From: a virus
Lineage: Duplodnaviria > Heunggongvirae > Uroviricota > Caudoviricetes
IMG/VR virus record: IMGVR_UViG_3300021387_000529
Location: 32,001 to 96,000 of that record
Length of the DNA: 64,000 bases
Direction: 5' to 3' (one strand)
The notes under the pieces were generated by a model that was given only the letters and a program-made list of their open reading frames with translations, ran no database searches and was not told the DNA's origin. Below are positions 10,196-19,523 of this stretch, piece by piece (positions within the stretch are counted from its first letter, which is position 1; each line of letters opens with the position of its first letter). The position numbers were made by a program, and so were the translations under genes.

Positions 10196-11098
10196 ATGGC
10201 AAAAGCTAAGAGATACAAGACATTGACCCCACCAACACCGGTTTTACCGCCTGAATATGTAGCAAAAGGCTACAAGCTCAATGGTGAGGTATTGCCAAAA
10301 CTTGCTGAAGAAATGCTGTACAATTGTGCTCGATATTATGAGCATGAAATTTACTGGGAAAAAATCCTCAAAACTGGAAACTTTATCCAGTGTCTCAAAC
10401 CTGAACTTACAGAAAATCAGAAAAAGCTCAACTTCCCTGCTGATTATGTTAAGCTCTTCAAACAGATGCAGGCTGACCAGGCAGTTGAAAAAGAAGAAAA
10501 AGCTGCTTACAGAAAAGAGCATCGTGCTGAAATCAAAAAAGAAAATGACGAAAAGAAAGCGAAATACGGAAATGCAATTGTTGATGGTGTAGCTATTCCA
10601 GTTGCTTTTCAGGTTGAAGCTCCTTCAATGATTATCACACGTGGTGAAGACCCTCGCTTTGGTTGCTGGAAATATCGTGTTCGTGAAGAAGACATTACTT
10701 TGAATTGTGTGAATGGAACAGTTCCTGCAGGCTTCAAAGGTAAAGTTGAAAAATCACCAACTTCACAGTGGGTTATGAAATACAAGCAGCAGTGTGGAAG
10801 ACCTGAAATGAAGACTGCAATGCAGCTTCCAAAAAAAGTCAATCTTGGTGGCGCAATTGCTGAGAAAAACATCGAGAAGAAATTTGACAAGACCTTTGAA
10901 GTTATCAAAGACTACAAGAATATCGAACAGCACATTCTTGAAGGCATCAAGTCTTCTGACCCAGCTCGAAAACAGGCTGCACTTTGTGCATGGCTGATTG
11001 CTGAAACAGGTATTCGTGTCGGAAATGAACGTGACCTTTCAAAATTTGCGGACACCGTTGGCGCATCAACTCTTAAAAAAGAGAATTTCAAGTTTTAA
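10196..11098 (+). CDS. DNA topoisomerase IB, eukaryote/thaumarchaeal type, N-terminal half only
   Basis: YG.AIVDG...FQVEAP...RGEDPRFG.WK.RV.EEDITLN and IRVGNE...ADTVGASTL match the eukaryotic Top1 core. The ORF stops before the catalytic Lys/Arg/His/Tyr. Confidence 0.8.
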   Translation: MAKAKRYKTLTPPTPVLPPEYVAKGYKLNGEVLPKLAEEMLYNCARYYEHEIYWEKILKTGNFIQCLKPELTENQKKLNFPADYVKLFKQMQADQAVEKEEKAAYRKEHRAEIKKENDEKKAKYGNAIVDGVAIPVAFQVEAPSMIITRGEDPRFGCWKYRVREEDITLNCVNGTVPAGFKGKVEKSPTSQWVMKYKQQCGRPEMKTAMQLPKKVNLGGAIAEKNIEKKFDKTFEVIKDYKNIEQHILEGIKSSDPARKQAALCAWLIAETGIRVGNERDLSKFADTVGASTLKKENFKF

Positions 11099-11108
11099 GG
11101 AAGAAAAT

Positions 11109-11780
11109 ATGGCAAAATATCAAAGAGTATCAAACCTTGACTTTACCAAACAGATTGGCTTGGTTAAAAATTATTGTGCTGAACTTCCATTTTGGAATAC
11201 AATTTCTGATAAACTTAAAAAGAATTTAATTGTAACAATTCTTGACAGAGTTTTGGTAGACCAGTCTTTTACACTTGAAAAGGTTTCTGGAACTCTTGAA
11301 AAGTTTTCAAACTTTTCAACAAGAATTATGGAAAATGACGGGCTGCTTGGCATTACTTGTGAACATAAAATTCCTTGCGGTTCTGAAATTATCTATATTT
11401 TCGGCAGCCTTGACCTTGAGTCTAATTATGCTGAAGCATTAAAAATATACGACTCTGGAATTGCTTTCAAAAGTGTTCTTCCTGAGTTTCTGGAAGTAGA
11501 AAAACTTTACAAAAAAATTGGTAAAACATTCGCATGGTGGGACGTTACAGGAAGCTACCGAAAAAGATTAGGTCTTCCTTATAAGAGTTTTGATGAGTCT
11601 CATGCAGAGTGCTATGACTATGATGGAAATCTCATTGGATACGCAGCCATCAAATGGCATGGAAGAGGTTGGAAGTGGCCTTATGTGAGATTTGAAGATA
11701 CAGACTTCAAAGAACTTGGAACTATCAAGAAGTTTACTTCAAACAGTGACTATATGCTTTCAATTCTGGAGGTAGCATAA
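11109..11780 (+). CDS. Hypothetical protein
   Basis: ATG at 11109 follows AAGGAAG; start re-called from 10998. Confidence 0.6.
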   Translation: MAKYQRVSNLDFTKQIGLVKNYCAELPFWNTISDKLKKNLIVTILDRVLVDQSFTLEKVSGTLEKFSNFSTRIMENDGLLGITCEHKIPCGSEIIYIFGSLDLESNYAEALKIYDSGIAFKSVLPEFLEVEKLYKKIGKTFAWWDVTGSYRKRLGLPYKSFDESHAECYDYDGNLIGYAAIKWHGRGWKWPYVRFEDTDFKELGTIKKFTSNSDYMLSILEVA

Positions 11781-11781
11781 A

Positions 11782-12099
11782 ATGAAAAAATTTATTTTAA
11801 TATTGATTGCATCAATCATTTTCACAAGTTGTAATGCACCTATTGAAGTTAAAGTTGTAGATGTTTCATCAGACAAAGCAGAACTTGGAGCTACTTTTAT
11901 AGATTTCTTTGACCCTGTTGAACTTGTACATATCAGTAGAGATGAGTGCTCTGCCGCAATTGTAATGGATAAAAATACTGGCGTACTCTATGTTCTGAAA
12001 GATGCTGGATATCAGTGGGGTATGTCTCCTATATATGATTCAGATGGTTCAGTTTTGACAAAAGAAAAGTGGCTTACAAAATACACTGCTAAAAAATAA
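11782..12099 (+). CDS. Putative lipoprotein
   Basis: MKK + hydrophobic stretch + FTSC lipobox; C-terminal DKNTGVLY...GMSPIYDSDG. Confidence 0.6.
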   Translation: MKKFILILIASIIFTSCNAPIEVKVVDVSSDKAELGATFIDFFDPVELVHISRDECSAAIVMDKNTGVLYVLKDAGYQWGMSPIYDSDGSVLTKEKWLTKYTAKK

Positions 12100-12116
12100 G
12101 GAAATGGAGATAAATA

Positions 12117-12329
12117 ATGCAAAAAGCAATTGCAACTGTATACATTCCTGAAACATGGACTACAAAAGCTGAGTTCAACACCAGCATTAAGTTTGAACAA
12201 GTTAAGAAAGAAGCAACAGACCTTCTTGCAAAAAGAATGCAACAAGACGGTATGATTGTCAAGCAGATAACATCTCTTGTGTATGAAGGCGCAATTTGGA
12301 CTGGATATTTTTTAGTTAGAGAGGAATAA
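12117..12329 (+). CDS. Hypothetical protein
   Basis: Preceded by GGAG; lies in an operon. Confidence 0.55.
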   Translation: MQKAIATVYIPETWTTKAEFNTSIKFEQVKKEATDLLAKRMQQDGMIVKQITSLVYEGAIWTGYFLVREE

Positions 12330-12331
12330 AA

Positions 12332-12937
12332 ATGGGAAGTAAACTTGTAAATATTTTCGCAGACTATGTAAACCGTGAATTGAAAGAAGAAAACATCCGC
12401 AACTTTGTAAACCGCGTTCTTGAAAAAGCTGATGATGCTAATGCAGAAAATCCTGCATCGTCAAGTGGAAAATACCACCCAGTCTCAGATATGGGACATG
12501 GTGGAAATGTGCGTCATTCTATTCTTGTTGCAGAAATTGCAAAGATTATGATGCGTGCTGACCCTTACTATGATGAAGAGTTCCATCGTGAAATTGTCAT
12601 TGCTTCATGTATTTTGCATGATATTTGCAAATACAAAAGTGAAGACACATCACACACTCAATTTGAACATGCGACTTTGGCTGCAGACCTTATTTCTGAG
12701 ACTGGAAAAGAAAGTAAAGACTATGCTCTTATTTCATTCTTGATTGCGAAAAATGTTGCAACTCATATGGGAAGATGGAACACAAGCAAATATTCTTCTG
12801 TTGAACTTCCAAAACCACATGACGAAGAACAGAAGCTTATTCATCTGGCAGACCTTATTTCAGCGAACAAAGACTTGCCAAACATCATTAATCTTTTTAC
12901 AAAAGCTGCTGAAGAGGAAATGAAAGATGGCAAATGA
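12332..12937 (+). CDS. HD-domain phosphohydrolase
   Basis: PASSSGKYHP...GG..RH...LHDICK...H...HMG.W...HLAD. Confidence 0.8.
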   Translation: MGSKLVNIFADYVNRELKEENIRNFVNRVLEKADDANAENPASSSGKYHPVSDMGHGGNVRHSILVAEIAKIMMRADPYYDEEFHREIVIASCILHDICKYKSEDTSHTQFEHATLAADLISETGKESKDYALISFLIAKNVATHMGRWNTSKYSSVELPKPHDEEQKLIHLADLISANKDLPNIINLFTKAAEEEMKDGK

Positions 12938-13409
12938 CAGAGTAAACCACCCATCTCACTATGAGAAAGGCGGTGGACATAAAGAATGTATTGACTTGTT
13001 GGCTGTAATGGTTGCTGGTTATGAAGGTATTGCTGCTGGTTGTATCATGCAGGCGAAGTATCTTTACAGAGCTGGCTCAAAAGGTGAAGCATCACTTTCG
13101 CAGGCACAAAAAACAATTGAAGATTTCAAGAAATTCCGATGGTATCTTGCTAAGTTTTATGAAACTGCAACAAATGCTATTTTTGATAGCGTAATATTCT
13201 TGCCGCTTGGTTGGGCATGTTCTGTCGACAAGACAGAAGCCCAGATTAACGAAATTGTAGATGAGTTTACATATGACAAGCCTGAGCTTATTCGTGAAGA
13301 CATGCGTGCGCTTTTGCGTTTGCTTCCGACATTGCATAAGTTTTCAGAAGTTGTTGATGCCGTAAAACTTGTAGATAACATTATTGAAAAGTTACAGCAA
13401 AACATATAA
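12927..13409 (+). CDS. DUF3310-family phage protein
   Basis: DRVNHPSHY...ECID...KYLYRAG.K...ED.KK..WYL. Confidence 0.8.
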   Translation: MANDRVNHPSHYEKGGGHKECIDLLAVMVAGYEGIAAGCIMQAKYLYRAGSKGEASLSQAQKTIEDFKKFRWYLAKFYETATNAIFDSVIFLPLGWACSVDKTEAQINEIVDEFTYDKPELIREDMRALLRLLPTLHKFSEVVDAVKLVDNIIEKLQQNI

Positions 13410-13487
13410 TTTCCTTGCTTCAAAGGGACAAACATTTATTAAGTGTTTGTCCCTTTACTAATTAATCTATTAAGTGAGGAATTAAGT

Positions 13488-15080
13488 GTGAAAAACGTTA
13501 AAAGTGTAAAGAAATTTTCATTGCCAAAAATATCCCTCAAAAAGGGAAATCGGTACATCGACAATTCAACAATCTTGATAAGCGGAATTGTTTTTACTTG
13601 CATTTTGCTTTCAATCGCGTCTGGATTTATTGATCTGACCTTTTTCAGCGGTCTTTCAAAGTCAGTCTTACATTTAGCAACATTACCATTGCCAGCTGCT
13701 GTTTTATATACAATCATCTCAGTTGGTTTCATTTCAGGAAAGTTTTGGTGTGCTATGCAAATCGGTATGCTTCGTGAACTTCAAACACGTCTTGTTGCGC
13801 AAGGTTTGGCATGGGGCAATGACCTAAAAAAGGCTCGTATAGGTTGGCATATTGCACATAAATTCTTGATAGCTGTTTCTATTGTAACAGCTCTTTCATT
13901 GTCATTCAACTCAATTGGCGCTGGTATTCGTAGCATGGAACAGAATATTAAAAATATGGCAACTGATGTTGAGCAACTTGTAATGCTTCAAAAATCTGTT
14001 CGTGATGGTGTAAATGAAAACCGTGATGCGAAAAAAGACTCTATTTCAGGACAGAAAAATGCACAGAAAAGTGTCGTTGAGTCTTTTGAAGAGAAATGGA
14101 AATATGTTGTTGAATATCGTGCAAAACGTGAAGAATTAGACACAGAAGCAGAAGACTATAAAACACAACTTGCCAACTTGAAAAGACTTTATGTTTCAAA
14201 AGCTCCAGAAGGCGTAACACAATCAAATATTGACTGGATTGATGAATATACAGTTAAGAATAAACTTCTTGAAAACGCAAAGAAATTCGAGGTTATCGAC
14301 AGCTCATCTTATATTGAAGAGAGCATCGCATATGATAAGTCTGAGATTGAGTCAACTTTGAAAGCTTTGGCTGATAAAGAATACAGAACTCCAGATGGTG
14401 AATTGATTTCATTTGTAAAAAGTGATGGCTCATTGGTAGACATTCAGCTTGCGATTTCACGTTTACAAGCAGGAATTGCGCATTGGCAAAGTGATACTGG
14501 GGATGCTGGTGAAAGTTCAAAGATTTTCACATTGATGGCCGCATACATAAATGCTGATGCAAAAGCTGGTGGAATGGGAATTTCTGAATGGCTTATGGTG
14601 ATTTTCATCTTCTTAGCTGGTATCGTTCAGGAATATTTAATTTTCTTATTTACACCAAAAGCAACTATTGACCGTAAGCTTCTTTCACAAGTTTCACATT
14701 ATATGAAATGGAAGAGTGAAGAAGAAAAAGAGCGCTTCTTGATTTCGGTTTATATTTCATATGCTGGTGATGGTATTCTCAACCAAGATAGATTTGAAGC
14801 AAAATGTAAGAAGGCGGTTTATTTTATGGAATTGAACACAGATGATGTTATTGCAAAATATTCTTCTAAAAAGAAAGAGCACAAAATAACGCCAATCAAA
14901 GTTTCAACAATTCGTGACAAAGTTTATGAAGAAAATGCTTTGCCAAAAGTTGATATTGATGAGCCAATAGTAAATCCTGTAAAAATTGCAACGCGGTCTA
15001 ACCCAAGTGGAGAGCCACGCTATTCACCAAAAGTTGACCAAATTGTAAAAGAAATAGAAGAGGAGATTAAGAAAGCATGA
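13488..15080 (+). CDS. Multi-pass membrane protein with large coiled-coil loop
   Basis: Three N-terminal TM segments, a coiled coil, then a fourth TM segment; GTG start after GAGGA. Confidence 0.6.
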   Translation: MKNVKSVKKFSLPKISLKKGNRYIDNSTILISGIVFTCILLSIASGFIDLTFFSGLSKSVLHLATLPLPAAVLYTIISVGFISGKFWCAMQIGMLRELQTRLVAQGLAWGNDLKKARIGWHIAHKFLIAVSIVTALSLSFNSIGAGIRSMEQNIKNMATDVEQLVMLQKSVRDGVNENRDAKKDSISGQKNAQKSVVESFEEKWKYVVEYRAKREELDTEAEDYKTQLANLKRLYVSKAPEGVTQSNIDWIDEYTVKNKLLENAKKFEVIDSSSYIEESIAYDKSEIESTLKALADKEYRTPDGELISFVKSDGSLVDIQLAISRLQAGIAHWQSDTGDAGESSKIFTLMAAYINADAKAGGMGISEWLMVIFIFLAGIVQEYLIFLFTPKATIDRKLLSQVSHYMKWKSEEEKERFLISVYISYAGDGILNQDRFEAKCKKAVYFMELNTDDVIAKYSSKKKEHKITPIKVSTIRDKVYEENALPKVDIDEPIVNPVKIATRSNPSGEPRYSPKVDQIVKEIEEEIKKA

Positions 15081-15307
15081 CAGAACCCGAAGTCATTGGA
15101 AAGTTTGAAGAATTTAAGAAGGCAATTATTTTGAAAAATGAGACTATTGCCAATCTTACAACACAGAATGAAGGATTGAACATTAAAATTACCGACCTTG
15201 AAGACAAGATTAAGGCATATGAACAGCAGATTGGTAATTTGAAAGAAAATCCATTCTCAGAAAAGGTTGAAAACGCAATTAAGGAATTGGATGAATTGGT
15301 TAAATAA
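15077..15307 (+). CDS. Small coiled-coil protein
   Basis: ATGA overlap with the upstream gene; heptad pattern. Confidence 0.6.
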   Translation: MTEPEVIGKFEEFKKAIILKNETIANLTTQNEGLNIKITDLEDKIKAYEQQIGNLKENPFSEKVENAIKELDELVK

Positions 15308-15394
15308 AGTTAATCTCATATTTGTAAAATTGATAATTATTTTTGAATTATAGAAATCAAAAATAATTAGAGAGTTTAAGACTAATTAAACATT

Positions 15395-16069
15395 ATGAGA
15401 AAAAAGTTGATGATGGCTTTCATGGTTTGGTTCTCAATAATGTCTGTTTTCATTTCTATGGTTTTCGCAAATGAAAACTTAGAAATAATAAAGAAACAGG
15501 CTTTAGAGTATCACAATCATGAGACATATGAGCTTTGGTACGATGCAGAAAATCATAATCCTGCATATGTAATATGGGACCTTACATTTGAAGATGCAAT
15601 TTTAAGTGAAGCTGTCAATAATAGAACAACTTCTAAATTTACAGTCTGTAAAAGTTCTGTAAAAGAAATTGTATATTCAAAAAGCGGATATGATAAAGGA
15701 CATATGTGTCCATCAAATGACAGAGACTGGTCGAAAGAGTCTTCTTATAACACATTCCGGATGTGTAATGTGTGCCCTCAAACTCCAGCTCTAAATCGTG
15801 GTTCTTGGAAAAAATATGAGAAACGCGGACATGAATTAGCTAAAAAGTATCAGAAAGTGACCATTGCTGCTGGTCCTATCTATGAGAATAACGAAAATGT
15901 TTTTCTTATTAAGGGTGGGGTAAGAATTCCAGATGCTTTTTTCAAAGTTTTCTATGCAGATGGAAAATTTTTAGAAGCATACATTTTCTATCAAGATGGT
16001 TCAACTGTTACTAAAAGCATATCTGATATTGAGAAAGTTGCGAAGTTACAGTTTGTCGCAAAAAGATAA
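15395..16069 (+). CDS. DNA/RNA non-specific endonuclease (NucA/EndG family) with signal peptide
   Basis: SGYDKGHMCP, N..PQ...LNRG.W..YE, V.IP..FFKV; hydrophobic N-terminus. Confidence 0.9.
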   Translation: MRKKLMMAFMVWFSIMSVFISMVFANENLEIIKKQALEYHNHETYELWYDAENHNPAYVIWDLTFEDAILSEAVNNRTTSKFTVCKSSVKEIVYSKSGYDKGHMCPSNDRDWSKESSYNTFRMCNVCPQTPALNRGSWKKYEKRGHELAKKYQKVTIAAGPIYENNENVFLIKGGVRIPDAFFKVFYADGKFLEAYIFYQDGSTVTKSISDIEKVAKLQFVAKR

Positions 16070-16081
16070 AAGGAGAAAAAC

Positions 16082-16915
16082 ATGAAAAAGATTTTTGCTG
16101 TATTGGCAATGGTTTTTGCCGTTTTTGTATTGACAGCAGAAGAGAAAGTATTGCTTGACCCACAGTCAACTGCAAGCATTGGTGATGAGAATATCTCATA
16201 TGTTGAGAACTTTACAATTGGCTCAACAAGCGGATATTTTACAGATGGTAATTTGAAGATTTTGCCACCAACAGAAGATGGTTTCAGAGTTTTGGCGATT
16301 GATGTTCCACGCTCAGATGTATCTTCTTATGACTTAATTCCTGCATATCCATCATTTTTGAATGAAGGAACAGACGGTGCTGGTGCTATCTCAAATGCTG
16401 GCGCAATTAAGAAAGTCGAAGTTGAAGTTATGTTTAACCGTCCTTATGATGAAGTCATGCTGCTATATTCAACTTCGCCAAATGGTCCTGTAAAAACAAT
16501 TAAACTTATTCCTGAAGATGGAAAAGCAATTGAGACTATGGTGCCAATTAAGATGGTTTCAGTTGACTTGAATTATAATGACAATGTAAAGACACGTGAA
16601 ATTAAAGCTGATCCAGCTCTTGGTGGTGATGCAACTGGCATCTATTTTAGAGGTTATCGTATTCGTGTAAATCCAGCTTATGGTGTAAATGAATATTCGC
16701 CTTGGTCTATTGTATATTTTAAGCAGACAAAGGTAATTTATGATTTGCGTTTTACACCTGAGCAGTGGGAAATGCGTGAAAAGCTCAAAGAAGAATGGAA
16801 AATTGACGATGGTTCTGGAGCTGCTAAAGCTAAGGCAATCAATGAGATCACTTATCGAAAGAAACTTGAAGCTATTGAACAGTCGAAAATGCATGTTGAA
16901 TTGAAACAACAGTAA
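16082..16915 (+). CDS. flaA: Spirochaete flagellar filament outer-layer (sheath) protein FlaA homologue
   Basis: Signal peptide; EE.VLLD; G.ISNAGAIKKVEV; YFKQTKVIYD; W.I...LEAIEQSK, paralleling Treponema FlaA motifs. Confidence 0.75.
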   Translation: MKKIFAVLAMVFAVFVLTAEEKVLLDPQSTASIGDENISYVENFTIGSTSGYFTDGNLKILPPTEDGFRVLAIDVPRSDVSSYDLIPAYPSFLNEGTDGAGAISNAGAIKKVEVEVMFNRPYDEVMLLYSTSPNGPVKTIKLIPEDGKAIETMVPIKMVSVDLNYNDNVKTREIKADPALGGDATGIYFRGYRIRVNPAYGVNEYSPWSIVYFKQTKVIYDLRFTPEQWEMREKLKEEWKIDDGSGAAKAKAINEITYRKKLEAIEQSKMHVELKQQ

Positions 16916-16921
16916 TTAAAC

Positions 16922-16950
16922 TGCCGCTCAAAAAAAGAGCGGCATTTTTT
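16922..16950 (+). terminator. Rho-independent terminator
   Basis: tgccgctc/gagcggca stem followed by a T run. Confidence 0.8.
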
Positions 16951-16965
16951 ATTAATCTTCATATT

Positions 16966-17802
16966 ATGAGTTACGACGCAAAATATGAAAGAATAAAAGT
17001 CTTTGAAAATACATTATCTATCATTGAAAGAATTCCAAAAGTAAAAAACTCACAAGAAAAATCTATTGAAAAAACATTGGTTTACCATGAAGGTGGTAAA
17101 TTTGAAAAGCACGAAAAGACATTTCCAAAAACAAATATTATAGTTACACGAAACAGAACGATGGAAGCTGGAAGAAAATGGGCAAAAGTTGGAAATACAG
17201 CTGTCTTAAATTTCGCTTCAGCAACTAATCCAGGCGGAGGCGTAACAAGAGGCTCGATTGCACAAGAAGAATGTTTGTGTCGTGTTTCAACTTTGTTTAA
17301 TTGTTTGAACACGCCTTTGAATTGGAACTTATTTTACAATCCAAACAGAAAAATGAAAGACCCACTTCATGATGACAAAGTAATTTATACACCAAAGGTT
17401 TGTGTTATCAAAGATGATGACTACAAAACTCTTGATGAAAAAGAATTCTTTTTTGTAGATGTCATTACTTGTGCTGCTCCAAACTTACGTGAAAAACCTC
17501 AAAATTATTGCAACGCTGGTGAAAGTGACGTGGCTGTTTCAATCACTCCAGAAAAATTGTATGATATTCATGTTCAACGTGCTCGAAAAATTCTCGATAT
17601 AGCAGCTATGCATTGGATTAAAAATCTCGTGCTTGGAGCATTTGGTTGTGGAGCTTTTAAGAATGACCCAAACATTGTTGCTCGAGCATATGCTGATGTT
17701 TTGAAAGACTATGATGGCGTTTTCGAGAATATTGAGTTTGCTGTATATTGTGGAAGCGATACATCAAACTATGATATTTTCAAGAAGACTTTATGTAAAT
17801 AA
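16966..17802 (+). CDS. TIGR02452-family macrodomain (microbial PARG-like ADP-ribosylhydrolase)
   Basis: LNFASATNPGGG...AQEE.LCR.STL; LVLGAFGCGAFKN. Confidence 0.9.
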   Translation: MSYDAKYERIKVFENTLSIIERIPKVKNSQEKSIEKTLVYHEGGKFEKHEKTFPKTNIIVTRNRTMEAGRKWAKVGNTAVLNFASATNPGGGVTRGSIAQEECLCRVSTLFNCLNTPLNWNLFYNPNRKMKDPLHDDKVIYTPKVCVIKDDDYKTLDEKEFFFVDVITCAAPNLREKPQNYCNAGESDVAVSITPEKLYDIHVQRARKILDIAAMHWIKNLVLGAFGCGAFKNDPNIVARAYADVLKDYDGVFENIEFAVYCGSDTSNYDIFKKTLCK

Positions 17803-17811
17803 TTTGGTGGA

Positions 17812-18219
17812 ATGAAGCACATGAAAAAAAGGAATAAAATTTATTTAAGTGGTTGTATGACAATGGACAAAGACCATTTCAAAGAGCATTTCGCTGAAGC
17901 TGAGAAAACTCTTTCTGAGATGGGTTATGAGGTTACAAACACTTCAAAAGTTGAATGGGATGAAGGAATTGCGAATGAATGCGGAGATGCTTGGGGCGAC
18001 AAAGCTTGGCGTGAATACATTAAACGTGACATAGACCTTGTTGCTCAGCATGATGCAGTTGCTCTTCTTTCAAATTGGGAATTTTCAATGGGAGCATATG
18101 CTGAATTAGCTTCTGCACAAAGGCATGGTCTTAAGATTGTTTTTGAAAAAGACGGCTTCAAAAAAATTATTTCAGATTGGAAGATAAAAGATTTAAAAAA
18201 TATTGAACTTTCTTTGTAG
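17812..18219 (+). CDS. DUF4406-family protein (deoxyribosyltransferase-like fold)
   Basis: KIYLSG.MT...F..AE..L...G..V...D...L..WE.S.GA..E..A. Confidence 0.75.
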   Translation: MKHMKKRNKIYLSGCMTMDKDHFKEHFAEAEKTLSEMGYEVTNTSKVEWDEGIANECGDAWGDKAWREYIKRDIDLVAQHDAVALLSNWEFSMGAYAELASAQRHGLKIVFEKDGFKKIISDWKIKDLKNIELSL

Positions 18220-18231
18220 TTTTCATATATT
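18203..18231 (+). promoter_or_regulatory. Early promoter TTGAAC-N17-TATATT
   Basis: Recurring motif. Confidence 0.8.
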
Positions 18232-18267
18232 ATATTCGTAAATCACGCTGATTGAGAGGTACTGAAT

Positions 18268-18432
18268 ATGAAGATTGAACTTGAAAATGAGAAACTTGGA
18301 CTTACAGCTGAAAGCAAAGGTCGCTGGTGGACAGTCCGCCAGAATGGAAAAGTTATCGTTGAAAATGCTTCAAGAAGTGTTGCAATTCATGAGTACTTCG
18401 CAATCGTAAAAGCCGCAAAGGAGAATGCATAA
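18268..18432 (+). CDS. Small hypothetical protein (54 aa, not in ORF track)
   Basis: GAGGT RBS; MKIELENEKLG...KENA. Confidence 0.55.
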   Translation: MKIELENEKLGLTAESKGRWWTVRQNGKVIVENASRSVAIHEYFAIVKAAKENA

Positions 18433-18435
18433 AAT

Positions 18436-18570
18436 ATGAAAAAGGTAGTTCTTTATTTTGAAGTTGGCGGTATGGAAGACTGTATCGAGTTTACAGATGA
18501 AAGAGAATTTAAGAAGTTTGTCATGGACTCATTCGACAATCCAAATCTCATTATCACAAAGGTTGAATAA
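18436..18570 (+). CDS. Small hypothetical protein (44 aa, not in ORF track)
   Basis: AGGAG RBS; fills the operon gap. Confidence 0.5.
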   Translation: MKKVVLYFEVGGMEDCIEFTDEREFKKFVMDSFDNPNLIITKVE

Positions 18571-18572
18571 CT

Positions 18573-19523
18573 ATGGAAAAAACATATTACTGCTTTACAA
18601 ATGAAGAAAGTGAAAAAGAATTGAAATGGTTTTTTGACCATGTAATCGAAAAACCGCTGGCGCATGAGTCATATTTGATGTGTATCTCATCTCGTGCCAA
18701 AAAGGTTTCAAAAGAAGAACGTGAACGCATTCAGCTTGGACGAGGCGAAATGATGCGTGAAAATGTTATCACATCTCGTGGTAAAGACATGATTTGGAAC
18801 TTCGATTGGTTCAAAAGTTTTATTTACAGATATGAATGTCCAGTTGAAGGTATGACTACTAAGACTGGTGACCCATATCCTCAGAACTCGCTTGTTTTGT
18901 ATGTTTACGTTAATCCAAGTGATGAACACAAAGTTTTGATGGACACTACGAATGCAACTTTCCAGATGCTTTCTGACCTCATCAACTCTGCAACAATGGA
19001 AAGAAGTGATGGCATCAAGGAACAGCTCTTCAAACTGCGAACAATTGACAAACATAAGAAAACTTGCCGTGCGACAAATGTTTCACGCCATCTCTGGACA
19101 CAGTTTGACTTTGACTTCAGTGATGATGTGAAGAAAGATGAAGACTTACAGCGTGATGTATTAAACCAGCTTTTGATTGTTGGTCGTGCGCTTTTCGGTA
19201 AAGGTAATTTGGTTGTTGTACGAACTTCTGGTGGTTATCATGTTCTTGTTCACCGTGAAGGTATGAAGAACTGGAACTCAGAATGCCGCCCTAAGAAGAT
19301 GTGGAATGATGCGTTGAAGTTTGCTGACCCAATCAATGACTACATCAAAATTGTAACTTGGGAACTCAACAACATCTCAACCAAACATTTTACAGAGGTA
19401 CCAAAAATCAGATGGTTTGATGAATGGGTTAAAACTGGCCAATCATTCTTACCATGCCCTGGTACTCTTCAGTATGGTGATTTCTTTGTAAAAGTTGTAA
19501 ATAAGGAGGACTTTGATGCGTAA
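18573..19523 (+). CDS. Putative AEP (primase-polymerase superfamily)-like protein
   Basis: FDFDF (DxD) and VVRTSGGYHVLV motifs. Confidence 0.45.
   Translation: MEKTYYCFTNEESEKELKWFFDHVIEKPLAHESYLMCISSRAKKVSKEERERIQLGRGEMMRENVITSRGKDMIWNFDWFKSFIYRYECPVEGMTTKTGDPYPQNSLVLYVYVNPSDEHKVLMDTTNATFQMLSDLINSATMERSDGIKEQLFKLRTIDKHKKTCRATNVSRHLWTQFDFDFSDDVKKDEDLQRDVLNQLLIVGRALFGKGNLVVVRTSGGYHVLVHREGMKNWNSECRPKKMWNDALKFADPINDYIKIVTWELNNISTKHFTEVPKIRWFDEWVKTGQSFLPCPGTLQYGDFFVKVVNKEDFDA

Noticed and set aside
10998-11780. Frameshifted continuation of topoisomerase IB
   Set aside because: The overlapping ORF lacks the GKD, FRT and catalytic Tyr motifs and has its own RBS/ATG at 11109.
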